64,000 nucleotides of DNA, taken from Eledone cirrhosa. Lineage: Eukaryota. The stretch's first letter is position 1. Each line of letters starts with the position of its first letter. Where the stretch lies: the NCBI GenBank assembly GCA_964016885.1, contig OZ024741.1, positions 280,302,001 to 280,366,000 of the forward strand, given 5' to 3'. Below are positions 28,065 through 41,405 of the stretch, one piece after another. Below the pieces are notes generated by a model, which ran no database searches, was not told where the DNA came from, and saw only the letters and a program-made list of their open reading frames with translations. A program made the position numbers and the translations under genes.

Positions 28065-28594
28065 CTAGCAGTGGTACCCGGCGTTGCATGGAATAAGGTA
28101 TTGTGAAATATATAACCGCCTTAACTAAGCTTAGTATTGCCACAACCACGGCTGGCAAAGAAGTAAGGGCCTGGTGGTACGTAAGTAAGCAACACTGTGG
28201 CTTAAAACGTGAGGAAGAAGTTGTGTGCACTTACCAACTGTTTGGGGAATGAGTGTGAGATTTGTCTTGAGCAAGGGTGGCAGAATAACCGGAGGCAGCA
28301 GACAGCCATACATAGAGACAGATATTATAAGGGCGCGTTCTGGACGCAGAGCGAATTGTAGGAAGTGACGTAATGCAGACATACAGACAGATATAAGGGC
28401 ACGACGTTATATGTATGTATCTATCTAAAAAGAGAAAGACTAAGAATTATAGAGAGAGATCGCTAAATCGCGGTCCCTAGGGCATTGAAAATTTGAAAAA
28501 ATTTTTGCTCAGGACACTCCCTGAAACATAAGTATTACATGTGTACAGTTTGAAAACAGTCGGTTAGGTGCTTCTCTAGTTTTAGGGATTCAAA

Positions 28595-28634
<40 letters not shown>

Positions 28635-28666
28635 GACATCCTCAGTTTTATATATATATATATAGA
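28065..28666 (-). mobile_element. Non-autonomous Helitron (family A)
   Basis: Termini are near-identical to 8956-9810; the interior differs. Confidence 0.85.
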
Positions 28667-29194
28667 TAATATAAATAAACGGCGACAGTGGGGTTTTACA
28701 TAAATTGAGTAAACAAAAAACTGATAATAAAATAACAATAAATTAATGGTATTTGATTTAGACACAAAGCCAACAATTTTGGTGGGAGGGGAAAGTTGGT
28801 TAAATCAACCCTAGTGCGTTACTGATTATTTACTTTATTGGATTCCGTAAAGATGAAAGGCAAAGCTAACCTCGGCAGGGTTTGAACTCTGAATGTAAAG
28901 GGCCAAAACTATATGTCTCTCCCCTACTTCCCTCTTTCCCACCCTCACCTCCATATAGAAAATATTCTATTTATTATTTAGAGAATTGTTGAGTTCAAAT
29001 CCTGCCCAGGTTTGATTTGATTTTCATCTTTAGGGGATCCATAAAATAAAGTACCAGTAGTGCATTGTTGATTTAATCAACTTTTCCTTTCCTTCAAATT
29101 GCTGGCTTTGTAGTAACAATTATTTGGAGAAATGTACTATTGTAATATTTACAAAATTAAATTCTTGACAAATGATTTTAAGTTGAAAATAGTT

Positions 29195-29560
29195 CAATAT
29201 ATGATATATACTCTGCAAGGCTCAGGTGAGACATAATGAAGTACTGCTCCGATACCTGGAATGGTGCTGCTATTGCTCACACTGCCACATTAAATAGACT
29301 GCTTCCAGAAAAAAGCCACTCAGCTAATTGGTATAAAACCTCTTTCTGAATCTCTTTAACCTCTGACCCACAGAGACCCACAATGGAGGATTGCTTTCAG
29401 AAAAAAGCCACTTGTCTAATTGGTATAAAATCTGTCTCTGAAATACTCTCTAGCCTTTGCCCCACAGACATCCTATCTTCTCTCTTTGTTTCCTCTACCA
29501 TTACTACAATGCTCTCTGTTTCTCAAAGATGTCTACTCTCATGCCACGTCTATTTGAAAT
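29195..29560 (+). pseudogene. Decayed CR1-like LINE C-terminal fragment with an internal duplication
   Basis: IMKYCSDTWNGAA..QKKAT.LIG..SESL.PLTHR-like text; the cagaaaaaagccact..attggtataaaa segment occurs twice. Confidence 0.6.
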
Positions 29561-30147
29561 GGAGATTTTGGAGGGATTTACTAAAATTGTTATTATTCAT
29601 TTGTAACTTAACAAAACGTTCGCATATCAAATTATGTTAGAATCCTTTAAAATCCGTGCTTTTGTTTCATAGAACCCGGGGCGGTTTTGAGCAGGTTGGC
29701 ATTACATGGTTTAAACGGTTTGTCGATGAAGCTTTCATGCAAAATGGGATTGTAGTGTGTTTGGTATAGGAGCGTGTACAATATGGGTTTAATATAGCCA
29801 CGAGTTTATCTTTAACCTATAGAAACAAGTGGGCTATACTTAGTGAATGAAGAGGATCTATAGTAATTATAGTGAAATTATTTGAATGGGATTTATTGGA
29901 TGTGTATGTGAAGTCAACTGTTAACAGAAGTACACTGAGTAAACATCAAAGAGAACGGTCAATGTATGCATGGGAGACAACCGTGAATAAATTATGCACG
30001 CAGAGTGAGAAAAGTGATGTATGTTGATGAGAATTGACTTGAGGGTGTTGTAGGTAAATCTTGGAGTATTCCAGATCAATCAAACCCACTAGGAAATAGA
30101 GAGGGGAAAAAAAAGTTAAAATAACGGGTTCTAATTTAAACACAGCA

Positions 30148-30666
30148 GATAGTGAATTAGCAGAGTTATTAGAATGTCAGATAGAATGCTTTGGGGTATT
30201 CATTCTGGCTCTCACATTTCAAATCCCACCAAGATCAACTTACTTTTTATCTTTTCAAGGCTGATTGAAAATAAGTACCAGTCCAATACTGGGGTCAATT
30301 TTTCCCATTTCTCTCCTACTCCAGAAGAAGTTGGCTGTGTTTAGACTTGAATAGGGATGGGCTCTGCCAGGTTTAAAATGCCCAAGAAACAGTGTATGTC
30401 ACTATGGTGCCCCTACAATTCCTGCAGGAGTTACAGGTCTATAGATGCATGCATGGTCCTTTAACTCTTGAGGGAATTGTAGGAGTGCTGTATTGACACT
30501 CCTCTCCAGGTCTGAATACAGCATATTTCTTCCAGTGAAGAGATATAGAGGAAGAATCGAAAGGATGACAGGCAAAATTGACCTCGATAAACTCAGAGCA
30601 GAGAGCCGGAATAAATACCACAAAGCAGCCTATCTGACATTCTAATGACTCTGCTAATTCAGTGTC
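30148..30666. repeat. ~520-bp imperfect inverted repeat (two composite SINEs tail to tail)
   Basis: gaattagcagagttattagaatgtcagatag pairs with ctatctgacattctaatgactctgctaattc, and cctacaattcctgcaggagtta pairs with taactcttgagggaattgtagg. The centre is atgcatgcat at 30445-30454. Confidence 0.85.
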
Positions 30667-31029
30667 TGAAGGTCCATGGTTTAGTGGTTAAGGTGTTTGG
30701 CTCACAATCTTAACATTGTGAGTTCTATTCAAGACAGTGTGCTGTGTCCTTGAGCATGATGCTTTATTTCAAACATGAATTGTACCTGTAATTCAAAGAG
30801 GAAACCTTGTCACACACTGTGCCATGCTGCTGATCCTCCCTGAGAGCTATATTAAGAGTACATGTGTCTGTGGAATGCTCAGTCACTTGCATGAGCAAGC
30901 TCTTCTATTGTTTTAACAACTGGGGACATTTGTTGGGAGCTCAACAGCAATTCATTGTGGGATATATTTTTCTCTGTGACATCTACACTTAACACTGCAA
31001 AGCAACTTGATTCACTCTTCTACCATATG

Positions 31030-31163
31030 TGTTAGTGAAGGAATGGATGCATCAGTGACTGAAAGAGTGATTCAGGGAGTGAAGGAGTACACCAGAGAAT
31101 GAAGGAATGCAGCAGTGACTGAATGAGTGCAGCAATGAATGAAAGAGTGCATCAGTGAATGAT
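31030..31163. repeat. ~20-bp minisatellite (cagtgaatgaaggagtgcag-like)
   Basis: About six degenerate units are visible. Confidence 0.7.
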
Positions 31164-32203
31164 TTTTGTTTGTTTAATAACTAAAAGCAGTTGTCTCCCT
31201 GAATAAACCACATTTATGTTTTAGAAATCAATATATTGCACTTGCACTATGATTATTGTTTGAAGTAGTAGCTGGTGTGTTCTGTCTTTGTTTTTGCAGC
31301 CTTTTCCATTTATAGATGCTGATTTTCTAACTACCTGAGCAAGTCTGATTTTAGATAAATATTTAATTAAAAATCATTTATCTGTGATTAGATTCTGGTT
31401 TATATTCCATTACAGCTACTAACTCTGATGTTAACACTATAAGCCATAATGATTTACTTCAGACTTTTAGTCTTAACAAGATATATATATATATAAGCAT
31501 CAAGAAAACAGATAAATCAGTTTCTTTTTTAATCTGAAGCAATCCCTCTGCAGCTGTAGAGAATAACAGATATTCCAAGAGTTAAAATAAGGAAAGTTTT
31601 TAGATCTCAGTCCATCACTTTCAGACCATACTTGTTCATTTGTAACCATTTTTAGAACCTACACCTTATTTATTTGAGGCAATAAATTGGTAGGGTCGTT
31701 AAAACGTCAGATAGAATGTTATGTAGTATTTGTTCTGGTTCTCTGCATTCTCTTGAGTTCAAAACCACCCGAGGTAACTTTGCCTTTCATCCTTTTGAGA
31801 TTGATAAAAAAGGTACTCAAGTACTGGGGTTAACTCTAGTTAAGTATTATTTCTCTTGTACAACATTATTAGCTGATAATGTTATTACTCTCACTAGAGT
31901 TATCTTACAGTTTCAATGGCCATCACTGTACAATTCATATTCACATTTGGTTTAAATGGTGCTTGGCTTTTAGTTACCAGTGTACTTAGTACATTGAAAC
32001 ATTATTAGTCTCTAGTGCATATGTCTGGAATGCTACTGAACCAACTGTGCATTCCTTAATTGCAGTGTCGCATTCCTATTTACTCATTTCCAAAACATCG
32101 TTGCTACAATGTAATCACTATTATGATTGCATTCAACTTAGTATTTCTTTCAAAATTAATTAGTTAAATTATAAATTATTTGCTTTCTGATTATATATAT
32201 ATA

Positions 32204-32778
32204 CTAGCCGAATTACCCGCGCCTTGCTGCGTTTCACACATTTTTTTTTGTAAGAAAATGATGATTGATTTTAAATCAGATATAATTTATGGAGAAAAAA
32301 TAACGGGAAAATATTAAAAAAATAGAGGCATTAACTAATAATTTTTGTTTCCATAATTCTAGTGATGTTTTGCCATAGATAAAATATCTAAATTAGCTAA
32401 ATTATACTATAAAAGAGAGGTGCTTTTTTTGTTGATTTACGTTTAATTAATAGAAAAACCGCGTGATAATAGAGGTTCCAATACTCAAGTTATGGGCCTC
32501 CAAAATTTTCACTATAGGGGTTTAAACCCCATTAGGGTGTCTTAATATTATTGAAATTTGCTGAAATTTTGTGAATAGGCATCATATCTTGTCATTTACC
32601 TATGGTTTAAATTTCATATAAATCGAAAGGAAAACATTTTCAGCGGGGGTTTGTGCCCCTGGGGAACCCTTACCATGGGCAATGTAGTTTCAGAATATAT
32701 ATGGTTATGGGGGTCTGTCTCCAAAACCATAGGAGGAATTCGTGAACAAACAGACAGAATCTACAACTTTATTATATA
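32204..32778 (-). mobile_element. Non-autonomous Helitron (family B)
   Basis: Reverse complement of the 9981-10684 termini and part of the body; hairpin plus CTAG at 32204. Confidence 0.8.
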
Positions 32779-33171
32779 ACACACACACACACACACACAC
32801 ATTTACCTGATAATCCTTTGAGTACACAGGTGAAATTCCATGATAACAAGCCATAATAAAGAATATCATTCATAATACATATATATATATATATTGTGTG
32901 TGTGTGTACACATACATGGAATTTCACCTGTTGGAAACACATGTAAAGGGAAATAACCTGTATATTTTGTGTAAAATACAAATCGTGAAGAGATAATGTT
33001 ATTAAAGTTTGCAATAACTAATAACAACATCACTGTACTGGAATGATTGTTATCAAATGTGCGATGCATTGAAAAAAGGGTGTGAAACAAACTCAGGCAG
33101 AATGGGCATCTTAATTGATAATGGATCTAATACTTACATCTTTTAGCAGATATTTTTGAGATGGCCACGAT

Positions 33172-33424
33172 CAGTGGCGTATTGTTGGGGTGCGTGGAAG
33201 TGCACCCCCACCCCTCATAATAGCAATATGCTTTAACTCGCATCTCCCTTGAGTGACATCTACGGCTACCTACGCGGCCAAAATAGAGGAATGTTTGCTG
33301 CACGCAATGGCGTATTGCTGGGGTACAGTTGCACCCCTCTCCCCCAAAGATTACCGGAAGTTATTTTTGACAGAAAATTATGACCGTCTGCAACCCCCAA
33401 AATGATGGGAGCTATACGCTTATG
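33172..33424. mobile_element. Putative hAT-like MITE remnants (CAGTGGCGTA-type ends)
   Basis: cagtggcgtattgttgggg at 33172, caatggcgtattgctgggg at 33305, and a degenerate inverted end tacgcttatg. Confidence 0.4.
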
Positions 33425-35625
33425 GTCACGATTATATTTAACCCTCAAGTTATTTGTCTGTCATTCAAAACTAGGTCACCATTCTTTACCTGGGACCTAC
33501 CTGTATGATAGTATTTCACAGTCAAATTACCTTTATGACTCTTTTAAAACACCAAAAGTTATTAAATATAAATGGCGGAAAAAACAAACACACACACACA
33601 CACACTTTTATTCAGTCGGTAAGTATAAAATATTTCGTTTGTTTCAATTATCGTTGTGAAATGATTACATGTAACTGAGCAATTTCAAATTCCACAAATC
33701 AAATTAATAATAATAATTATGATATTAAAAAAAAAATTTACCACTTTATCCAAAATGAAATTTGTTAAAACCCAGACTTTCCCTTTATTGCTCTTTAAAT
33801 ATTTTTTCTACAATTATTTAGCAATAATTCTAACCATTTAAAATTCAAATATTGTTTTCATGACTCCTCCTTGCACTTGCTTGTTTTCTCTTCATTTTTA
33901 TGTAACATTTTGTGTGTATTTTTTTAAATGACTATGAAAAATTGTATCTGTTCTCCAGTTATTTTATCATTTTCTATAACTGTAACTTTTTTTTATACTG
34001 CTATATTTTTAATACTTCATCATTTGTAAAGAATTTATATTAAATCGTTTTTATTAATCAAATCCCATCACAACTGTTGAATGAATTTTTTTTGAAAAGT
34101 TTATATGTATATTTTTTATTGTTTATCTTATTTGAAACTTTTATATATATTTTTTATTTTTTCATATATTTTTTATAAACTTTTTGTTAAAGATTTTATT
34201 GAATTTAACAAAAACAAAAAAACGAACAACACCACATTTTAATAATTTCTCTGATCCAAGTTTTGCCCTTTCACATTTTAAACTCACCCAAACTGAAGTC
34301 CTTTTGTGCATTCATACTTTCCTTAGCCTAATTTTGAATTGCTAGTAATATAATGACAATGATAAGTATAATTATAAAACAACAAAAACAAAACATTTTT
34401 ACAAAGATGCAGTCTCAGAGTGCCCCCCCCCCCCTTTTTTTTTTCTTCTTCTTTTTATAGGATAATACAAGGTGAAATGTTGGGCCTTTCTTACCTTCTA
34501 AGGTTATTTGGGCATTGTAAATCAAATAAAATAATTTTAAGGGGGAGAATCAAAAACCGAATTGGAAATGCCAAAAATTACCCTCACCTCTCTTTTGTTA
34601 TGTCAGCTAAATATTTATGACTATACAGAGTATTTGTAAAGGGTGCCATGTTTTAAATATTCGAGACACGGTATCCCTTTAACGAAGGGTATAAATAAGA
34701 AATTGGTAAGATGGATTAACATGGTTATTAGATGAAATAACAATAATATATACATTCAATAATAAATTATTTTAGTTTATATATGGTTTACTTCATGTGA
34801 ATCAATTAAAAAGTACAATAAAACAGTTACCAGAAGTTGCGAAGGTTGACAATGTTATTTTGTTGGTGGTTAAAGTTTGTTGCAGTCGTCATAGTAGTTT
34901 TCGTCGTGAGTCTGAGACTATAGTGAGTGAGAGATAGTAATCGTCTGTAATTGATTGTAGACCACTGTGGCTTGTAGATAGCGGAATATCTTTCACATAG
35001 CGGCTCTGATCTCTCTGTAGACCTCTAGGGTCTGCTGATAGCGGTGAATCTTTACATAGTTTGTTGTGTATCTTAGAGCTCCGATCTATATGTCTTTCTG
35101 TAGACCACTGGGGTCTGTTGATAGTGGTGAATCTTTCACATAGCTTGTTCTGTAGTGGGGTGCTCCGATGTCTCTGTGTAAACGTGGGATGATAAAGGCT
35201 TTATATACCTGTCTCTTCCTGTTTCCCACACTGAACCTGTTCACACCAAAAGGGTGGTGACATAGAATTTGACCTCTAAGTGTCACCCAAGGTTCAAGGC
35301 GCGGACAGATTTCGCCACATTAGTTCCCAACCCAGATCGATGCAGGAGCAGCGATCGATTATAAAAGGGGTATCGAAATCTGATTCCTAGAAGCGTGTCC
35401 CAAAACACACAAAATGTGGGTACTGCGCCCGCATTTCGAGTGTAGAGAAATTTGGAGAGAGGGAAAAAATATCGTATAACTGTGTATGCATGTGTGTGTG
35501 TAACATTTAGAAGGAACTGTAACTATACAAAGTTGTGATCATGTATTTCGAACTGTTGTGTATGGATGGATGGACGTTGGGGTTACGGTATCGGATTACG
35601 ATATGACAACACAGAGGACTATTTC

Positions 35626-35957
35626 TCTCGATGTATCATCATACGTAAGATTCTCTTCCAGTGAGTCGAGGTTTACGCTATGACATGAGTGTGTGCAATT
35701 TTGAGCTGCGTGCTCAGTGAGTCGAGCGAGTAGTAACCGTGGGTTGATTATCATGTGTTAAATAGCTGTTGCCGAACTTCGACCAGTTGAATCTCGATGT
35801 ATTATCATACGTAAGATTCTCTTCCAGTGAGTCGAGGTTTATGCTATGACATGAGTGTGTGCAATTTTGAGTTGCGTGCTCAGTGAGTCGAGCTAATAGT
35901 AACCGTGGGTTGATTATCATGTGTTTAATCGCTTTTGCCGTACCTTGACCAGTTGAA
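35626..35957. repeat. Two tandem 166-bp copies inside the LTR element
   Basis: tctcgatgta..gaccagttgaa begins at 35626 and at 35792. Confidence 0.9.
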
Positions 35958-36327
35958 AAGTGATCCCGCAGAGACCCAACCGAATCCAGCATATACCATA
36001 GACAAAAACATGTTGGTGTGTGACAAAGAAAATGATGAATGATGTGTGTTTGATGCAAAATGAGTTATTCATACAGGCATATAATACAGTAAAACGAATT
36101 TAAAAAAAAAAATAAATAAATAAATATTTATATAATTGTTCTTTACAAAAAGTTCAGTTCTCTCTTTTTTATGTGAATGTTTTCTTGCTAGGAAGCTAGT
36201 AGTATTGTTTGTTGTTGTTGGAGCTTACGAAGCCAGTGGTGAAGTGTTTGGTAAGAGAAAGTTGATATTGGCAAAAGAAGCCATGATCAGATCAAAAAAG
36301 CTCCGTGAGATTTTTCTTTTTTTTTTA

Positions 36328-36345
36328 ATCACGTCGGGTTTACCA
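36328..36345 (-). promoter_or_regulatory. Primer-binding site complementary to the tRNA-Trp 3' end
   Basis: TGGTAAACCCGACGTGAT versus the canonical tRNA-Trp PBS TGGTGACCCCGACGTGAT (2 mismatches), located 1-2 nt after the 5' LTR. Confidence 0.85.
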
Positions 36346-37894
36346 ATTTAACGAAGGGTATAAATAAGAAATTGGTAAGATGGATTAACATGGTTATTAG
36401 ATGAAATAACAATACATTATTTTAGTTTATATATGGTTTACTTCACGCGAATCAATTAAAAAGTACAATAAAACAGTTACCAAGAGTTGCGAAGGTTGAA
36501 AATGTTATTTTGTTGGTGGTTAAAGTTTGTTGCAGTCGTCATAGTAGTTTTCGTCGTGAGTCTGAGACCATAGTGAGTAAGAGATAGTAATCGTCTGTAA
36601 TTGATTGTAGACCACTGTGGCTTGTAGATAGCGGAATATTTTTCACATAGCGGGTCTGTAGTAGTAGGGCTCTGATTTATTTGTATCTCTGTAGACCTCT
36701 AGGGTCTGTTGATAGCGGTGAATATTTACATAGTTTGTTGTGTATCTTAGAGCTCCGATCTATATGTCTTTCTGTAGACCACTGGGGTCTGTTGATAGTG
36801 GTGAATCTTTCACATAGCTTGTTCTGTAGTGGGGTGCTCCGATGTCTCTGTGTAAACGTGGGATGATAAAGGCTTTATATACTTGTCTCCCACCCTGAAC
36901 CTGTTCACACCAAAAGGGTGGTGACCTAGAATTTGACCTCTAAGTGTCACCCAAGGTTCAAGGCGCGGACACATTTCGCCACATCCCTACGACCCCAACA
37001 ACAGTTTAAAAAAGGTTCTTTTTATCATTACCTACTTTAATTTAATTATCCTCAACGTATGAATATCTGCAGGATTTTTCATGTTGCCAGAGTGATAATA
37101 ATTTAACAATGACAAATTAACATTGCTCAAATACTACCTGGTATTTTTTTAAAGATTTGAATCGGGATTTGCTAACATCTTATACTCTAACACTCGCCGC
37201 TAGCTGGTATCTTTTTGTACTCATTCACACATGAGCGGCTCCATATCTCTAGTTACCTGACATAAAAATAGCTGGACCTATTTTATTTACGGCTGAATGT
37301 TAATGTGTGGCGAATTGGCAGAGTTGTTAGAACGTCGGGTAAAATGTTATGCAGTATCAGTTCAAATCCCGTTGAGTTCAACTTTGCCTTTCATCCTTTC
37401 GAGGTCGATAAATCAAATGCCAGTTCAGTAGTACTGGGGTCGATTCTTCCTATATAACCCGATCTACCTTCTGTCTCACTCTCTCCTTTTCTATAAGAAA
37501 GGATGGGCTCTGCCATCTAGAGTTAGAGAGGTCTCTATATACAATACCATAAAACTATATTTAAATAAATGAAAGCAAGAGACCCTATAGCCTCGAATCC
37601 AAGACTACACATAATAGGAAATATTTCGTTCGTGTTCATTTCTTCATTACCATACCTTTAATATTAGTTTTTAATAAATCAGGCCGGGGGTGGTGGATTA
37701 AATGCCCATAACAGTATTTAGTTACGGTCATTTGTGTTTCCATTTCAAATTCCGCCTGTGTCAACTTTGCCATTTATCATTTCTAGGTCAATAGCATAAA
37801 GTACAACGGCCCAGTCTTTTTTGTCGACTGTGCCTTTGTTGATATGGGAGTGCTTGTTAATGATACTAGTGATTCCTCGTAAGGAAATAAGATC

Positions 37895-40800
37895 TAATAT
37901 AATTGCCAATATTCCATAATGGTAAGCTCCTTATCTTGGCATGCAACCTGTAGCGATACTTTCCCCAACGGCAACTAGGTGATTTCAGTATCAGGCCCAG
38001 GTTCCATTACACGACAGACTGAAAATCACAAGCTGACAAAGTTTCACCTGCTCCTTCGATAGGTTTATTGTCAAATCTACAACGGTGGAAATCTCTGGCG
38101 TCCTGGGATCCGAACCACCTCCCTACTTACTGCGATCTGGACGGTGGAGATGGCCATTCACAAGCACGACCTTCTTTCAGAACACCTGTCACGCTTTCCT
38201 CCACCATTCTCTGCCAGGATCGTGAGACAACATTCTTAAAAGTAATATGGCAGTGCTAATCTAGATTAATGACACAATTTTAAATAACTATATTGCAATA
38301 TCCACCTATGGCCCGAATAAACTCAACGGCCTCATGTCTATTACCAGAGCGAACCACTTGTTTGGAGGATATCGGTCGGAGAGAGATGAGCTCCGCGTCA
38401 GGAATACCGTGTAATGAAATCCAAATTCTGGAGTCTTTGTATTTATTTCCTCACACCACTTTTTAAAAAGAAACGAAAGTTCATCGATTTGTTCCATCTC
38501 TTTACGTTGAAAGTGTTGTTCAATCGGTGAGTGAAATAGCTGCCGTAGTTTTTGTTATTAGTAAAATATTTAGTCAAATTAAAGAAGAATCTGGGATTCT
38601 TGTTTAGAATGAACACGTCTCTAATGATAAATCGAGAAACAGCGAGTCAAATCTCCCTAGAATCACACCATACTGTCTTGTAGGGCAGGCTCTTCAGGTA
38701 ATGTTGTTATACGTTCACTCTCCCTGAAAGTAAGACGGAACCAGTAATGACTGGAACACATATATGAATATATGATCGTGTGTGTGTGTGCTTAATTACG
38801 GACGATCTAAGACGACACAACAATCTGCTTTTAGATCCGATTTTGATTCTGAATCTCCTCCAAAGAAAGTATGAATGTCTCAACATTTCACTTAACTTTA
38901 GTGTGACCCAGGGTTCGTTGCCCGATAAACTGAAGATCGTAAGCTGTTGAAGTAATGGCTACTTTCCAATAGGTCTGTTGTTGAACCTATACCTCTGGCG
39001 TTATTGGTCTCCGAACCACTTCTTAACTCGCTGCTATCAGGGTGGAGTGAGCCCTGTCAATTGGAATGGCTAGTTCAACGTCTCCCTTACTATCCTCTGG
39101 GGTAACACTCACTCCATTCTGTCCACTGGGACAACGAGGTTGTTTGTGCCTGGAGCTCTTGCACGTCGGAGAGCCTTCTCCCACATTGTCCAGACACATC
39201 TCATTGTGGTAGTGGTAGAATGTGTATTTATGATACATACATACACATTGTTGAACAAACTGACAATTGTTTCTATTTGAATTATTTTCGTGTGGTATTT
39301 GAGCATCGTATTTATGGAAATAGTTATCAAGAGATCAAGTCGTCAAAGTTTAGGGCAACTAATCACACGCCGCCAGTCCCTTCAATCTATCTAATTTCTC
39401 ATTCTTTCGTCTGATGAAGGACTATCGTCCGAAACGTTAAGACCCTCTTCCTGCTATTTCAAGCATTAACCTAATATATTCTTTCCATATACTGTACCGA
39501 TTGCGTTGTTATTTCTGTTAACCTTTCACACACACACACGCACACACTGTATATATCGGGAGGTTGAGAGCTCGTGTTTCCTTGCCGACATGATATTAAA
39601 GGATAGCTTACAAACTAGAGACAATCGAGTACTCCGAGTAAAGTAAAACTGTAGATAGTAGATCACTGGTCAAAATTATGTTTATAATTTTCCTATCTTA
39701 CTTTGAGAAGAACCGCACATTCAATTACACTCCACACACCAAGGCGCGTTGTAGTTTCCTCCTGATAATTTTTTGGACTCGTGGGCATCACTTGACACAT
39801 CGATCGATAAGGCGAGCCGCCAACAAAAGGTGGCTGAGTTTCATCGTTGTAAATATTGGCTACTTAAAAAAGGAAATAGTGTAAATTGTAAAAAGAACAA
39901 AAGTCGTTTTTTAATGTACAGCTTATTCCAACCGTGCCCATCCTGTCTTCTAATGAGTCTATTGTAGTGCAAGATTACTTAATGTAGTTCCCACCCTAAC
40001 CATCCCATGTTTTCAGACAATATATTTCCAAAGCTGTATTATCCTAGCTATCACTCATTCCTTCCCCGGAAGAAATCGGTTGTGTTTAGACCTGGAGAGG
40101 GACTGGACTCTATCAGGTTTTAACTCCCCTAGACACGCTGTATGTCGCCATGGCACCGCTACAACTCTAACAAGAGTTAGGGGTGCCATACACACATACA
40201 AGCTGTAGTTTAACCGTAATTTGGCTGCTATTTCTAGTAAGGCGCGCCGTCATAAAGGTATGGATGTGCCAAAACATTTTCATATTTCTATAAAAAGTTG
40301 TTTTTTTTTAAATAATAAATGGAAAGAATTAAACGATCATACACCGTTCCATCGAAGAAACCATTATCGAATTTCAACATCTCACTTTTCATAATAGAAT
40401 TAAAGTTATCTGCAAATGAAAAGTTCTACTGTTAAACATAGTCTAATAAGGCTGCCTTTATTACTGCACAAGTGAGCCAAGTACTATCCTGTCACCTCCT
40501 CCACCGTCAGTGAAATAGAATCGTCTGTGTAGCTTAGCTGTGAATTCTGGGTAACATTTTTCATTGACCTCAATGTTTTCAGTTAGTATTGTGCCAAGCT
40601 TTTGGTTTTTCCTCTTTTCTGCAACCTTTAATTTGCATGGGCTCATCATTAGCGCAATCACGAAATTACTGGATTATTATAGATGTGGATCAATTCTTAC
40701 AAATTAAGCGTAGAAATCATATTTAGTTTGACTATGAACAAACCGTTCATTGTCTAGCTGCTACAATCTATCATATTATTTTTATTATCACCAGTGCTAT

Positions 40801-41374
40801 TATGAACTTTATGGATTGGGATAAACGATTGCAGCAGCAATGGCTCTCCTTACCTTAGCTGCTTAGTTTTCTTAATTCGGTTAAATATTTATATATATTA
40901 TATATATCTATATATATAAATATACCAGATATATACTTATACTACGACTTTTAACATTACACACTTCTGTGCAGGCCTATTGCATTTTTACTAATTCGGT
41001 AAGTAATTATTTGTTCGATATAATCAACGTACTTTTGTATTATATACATATGTATCTATCTATCTATAGATATATAGTCCTAATTGTGTGTGTGTGTGTT
41101 TTTTTTCTCCCCAAAACGATTTTATTTCCCTGAAATGTCGGACATCTTTTTTAGGGTCAAACCTATATTTTAACTTTATTACAGACGGTTACGAGGCCTC
41201 TTCGTCTCTTGCATAAATTATGATTATTAGTTCAAGTTTGGTAGGGAATAAAATTAAAAAGAAAATTAATGCGTAATATTTAATCATTTGAAATTCATTT
41301 TAATTTCAATATTAAATTTTTGTTTGCGAAACAGTAAATTGACCGGGCTTTGCGTTGTAGTAATAGTTTGTACA

Positions 41375-41405
<31 letters not shown>

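Larger units (their letters stand above)
34678..36983 (-). mobile_element. Non-autonomous LTR retrotransposon (LTRs 34678-35319 and 36347-36983, ~1-kb non-coding interior)
   Basis: Two ~640-bp highly similar direct repeats. The minus strand starts TGTGGCGAA and ends TTCGTTAAA. TCCC(T) is duplicated at 34674 and 36984. A PBS follows the 5' LTR. Confidence 0.93.

Noticed and set aside
35714-36058. 114-aa ORF inside the LTR element as gag
   Set aside because: No zinc knuckle or recognisable capsid motif; it runs through the tandem duplication.
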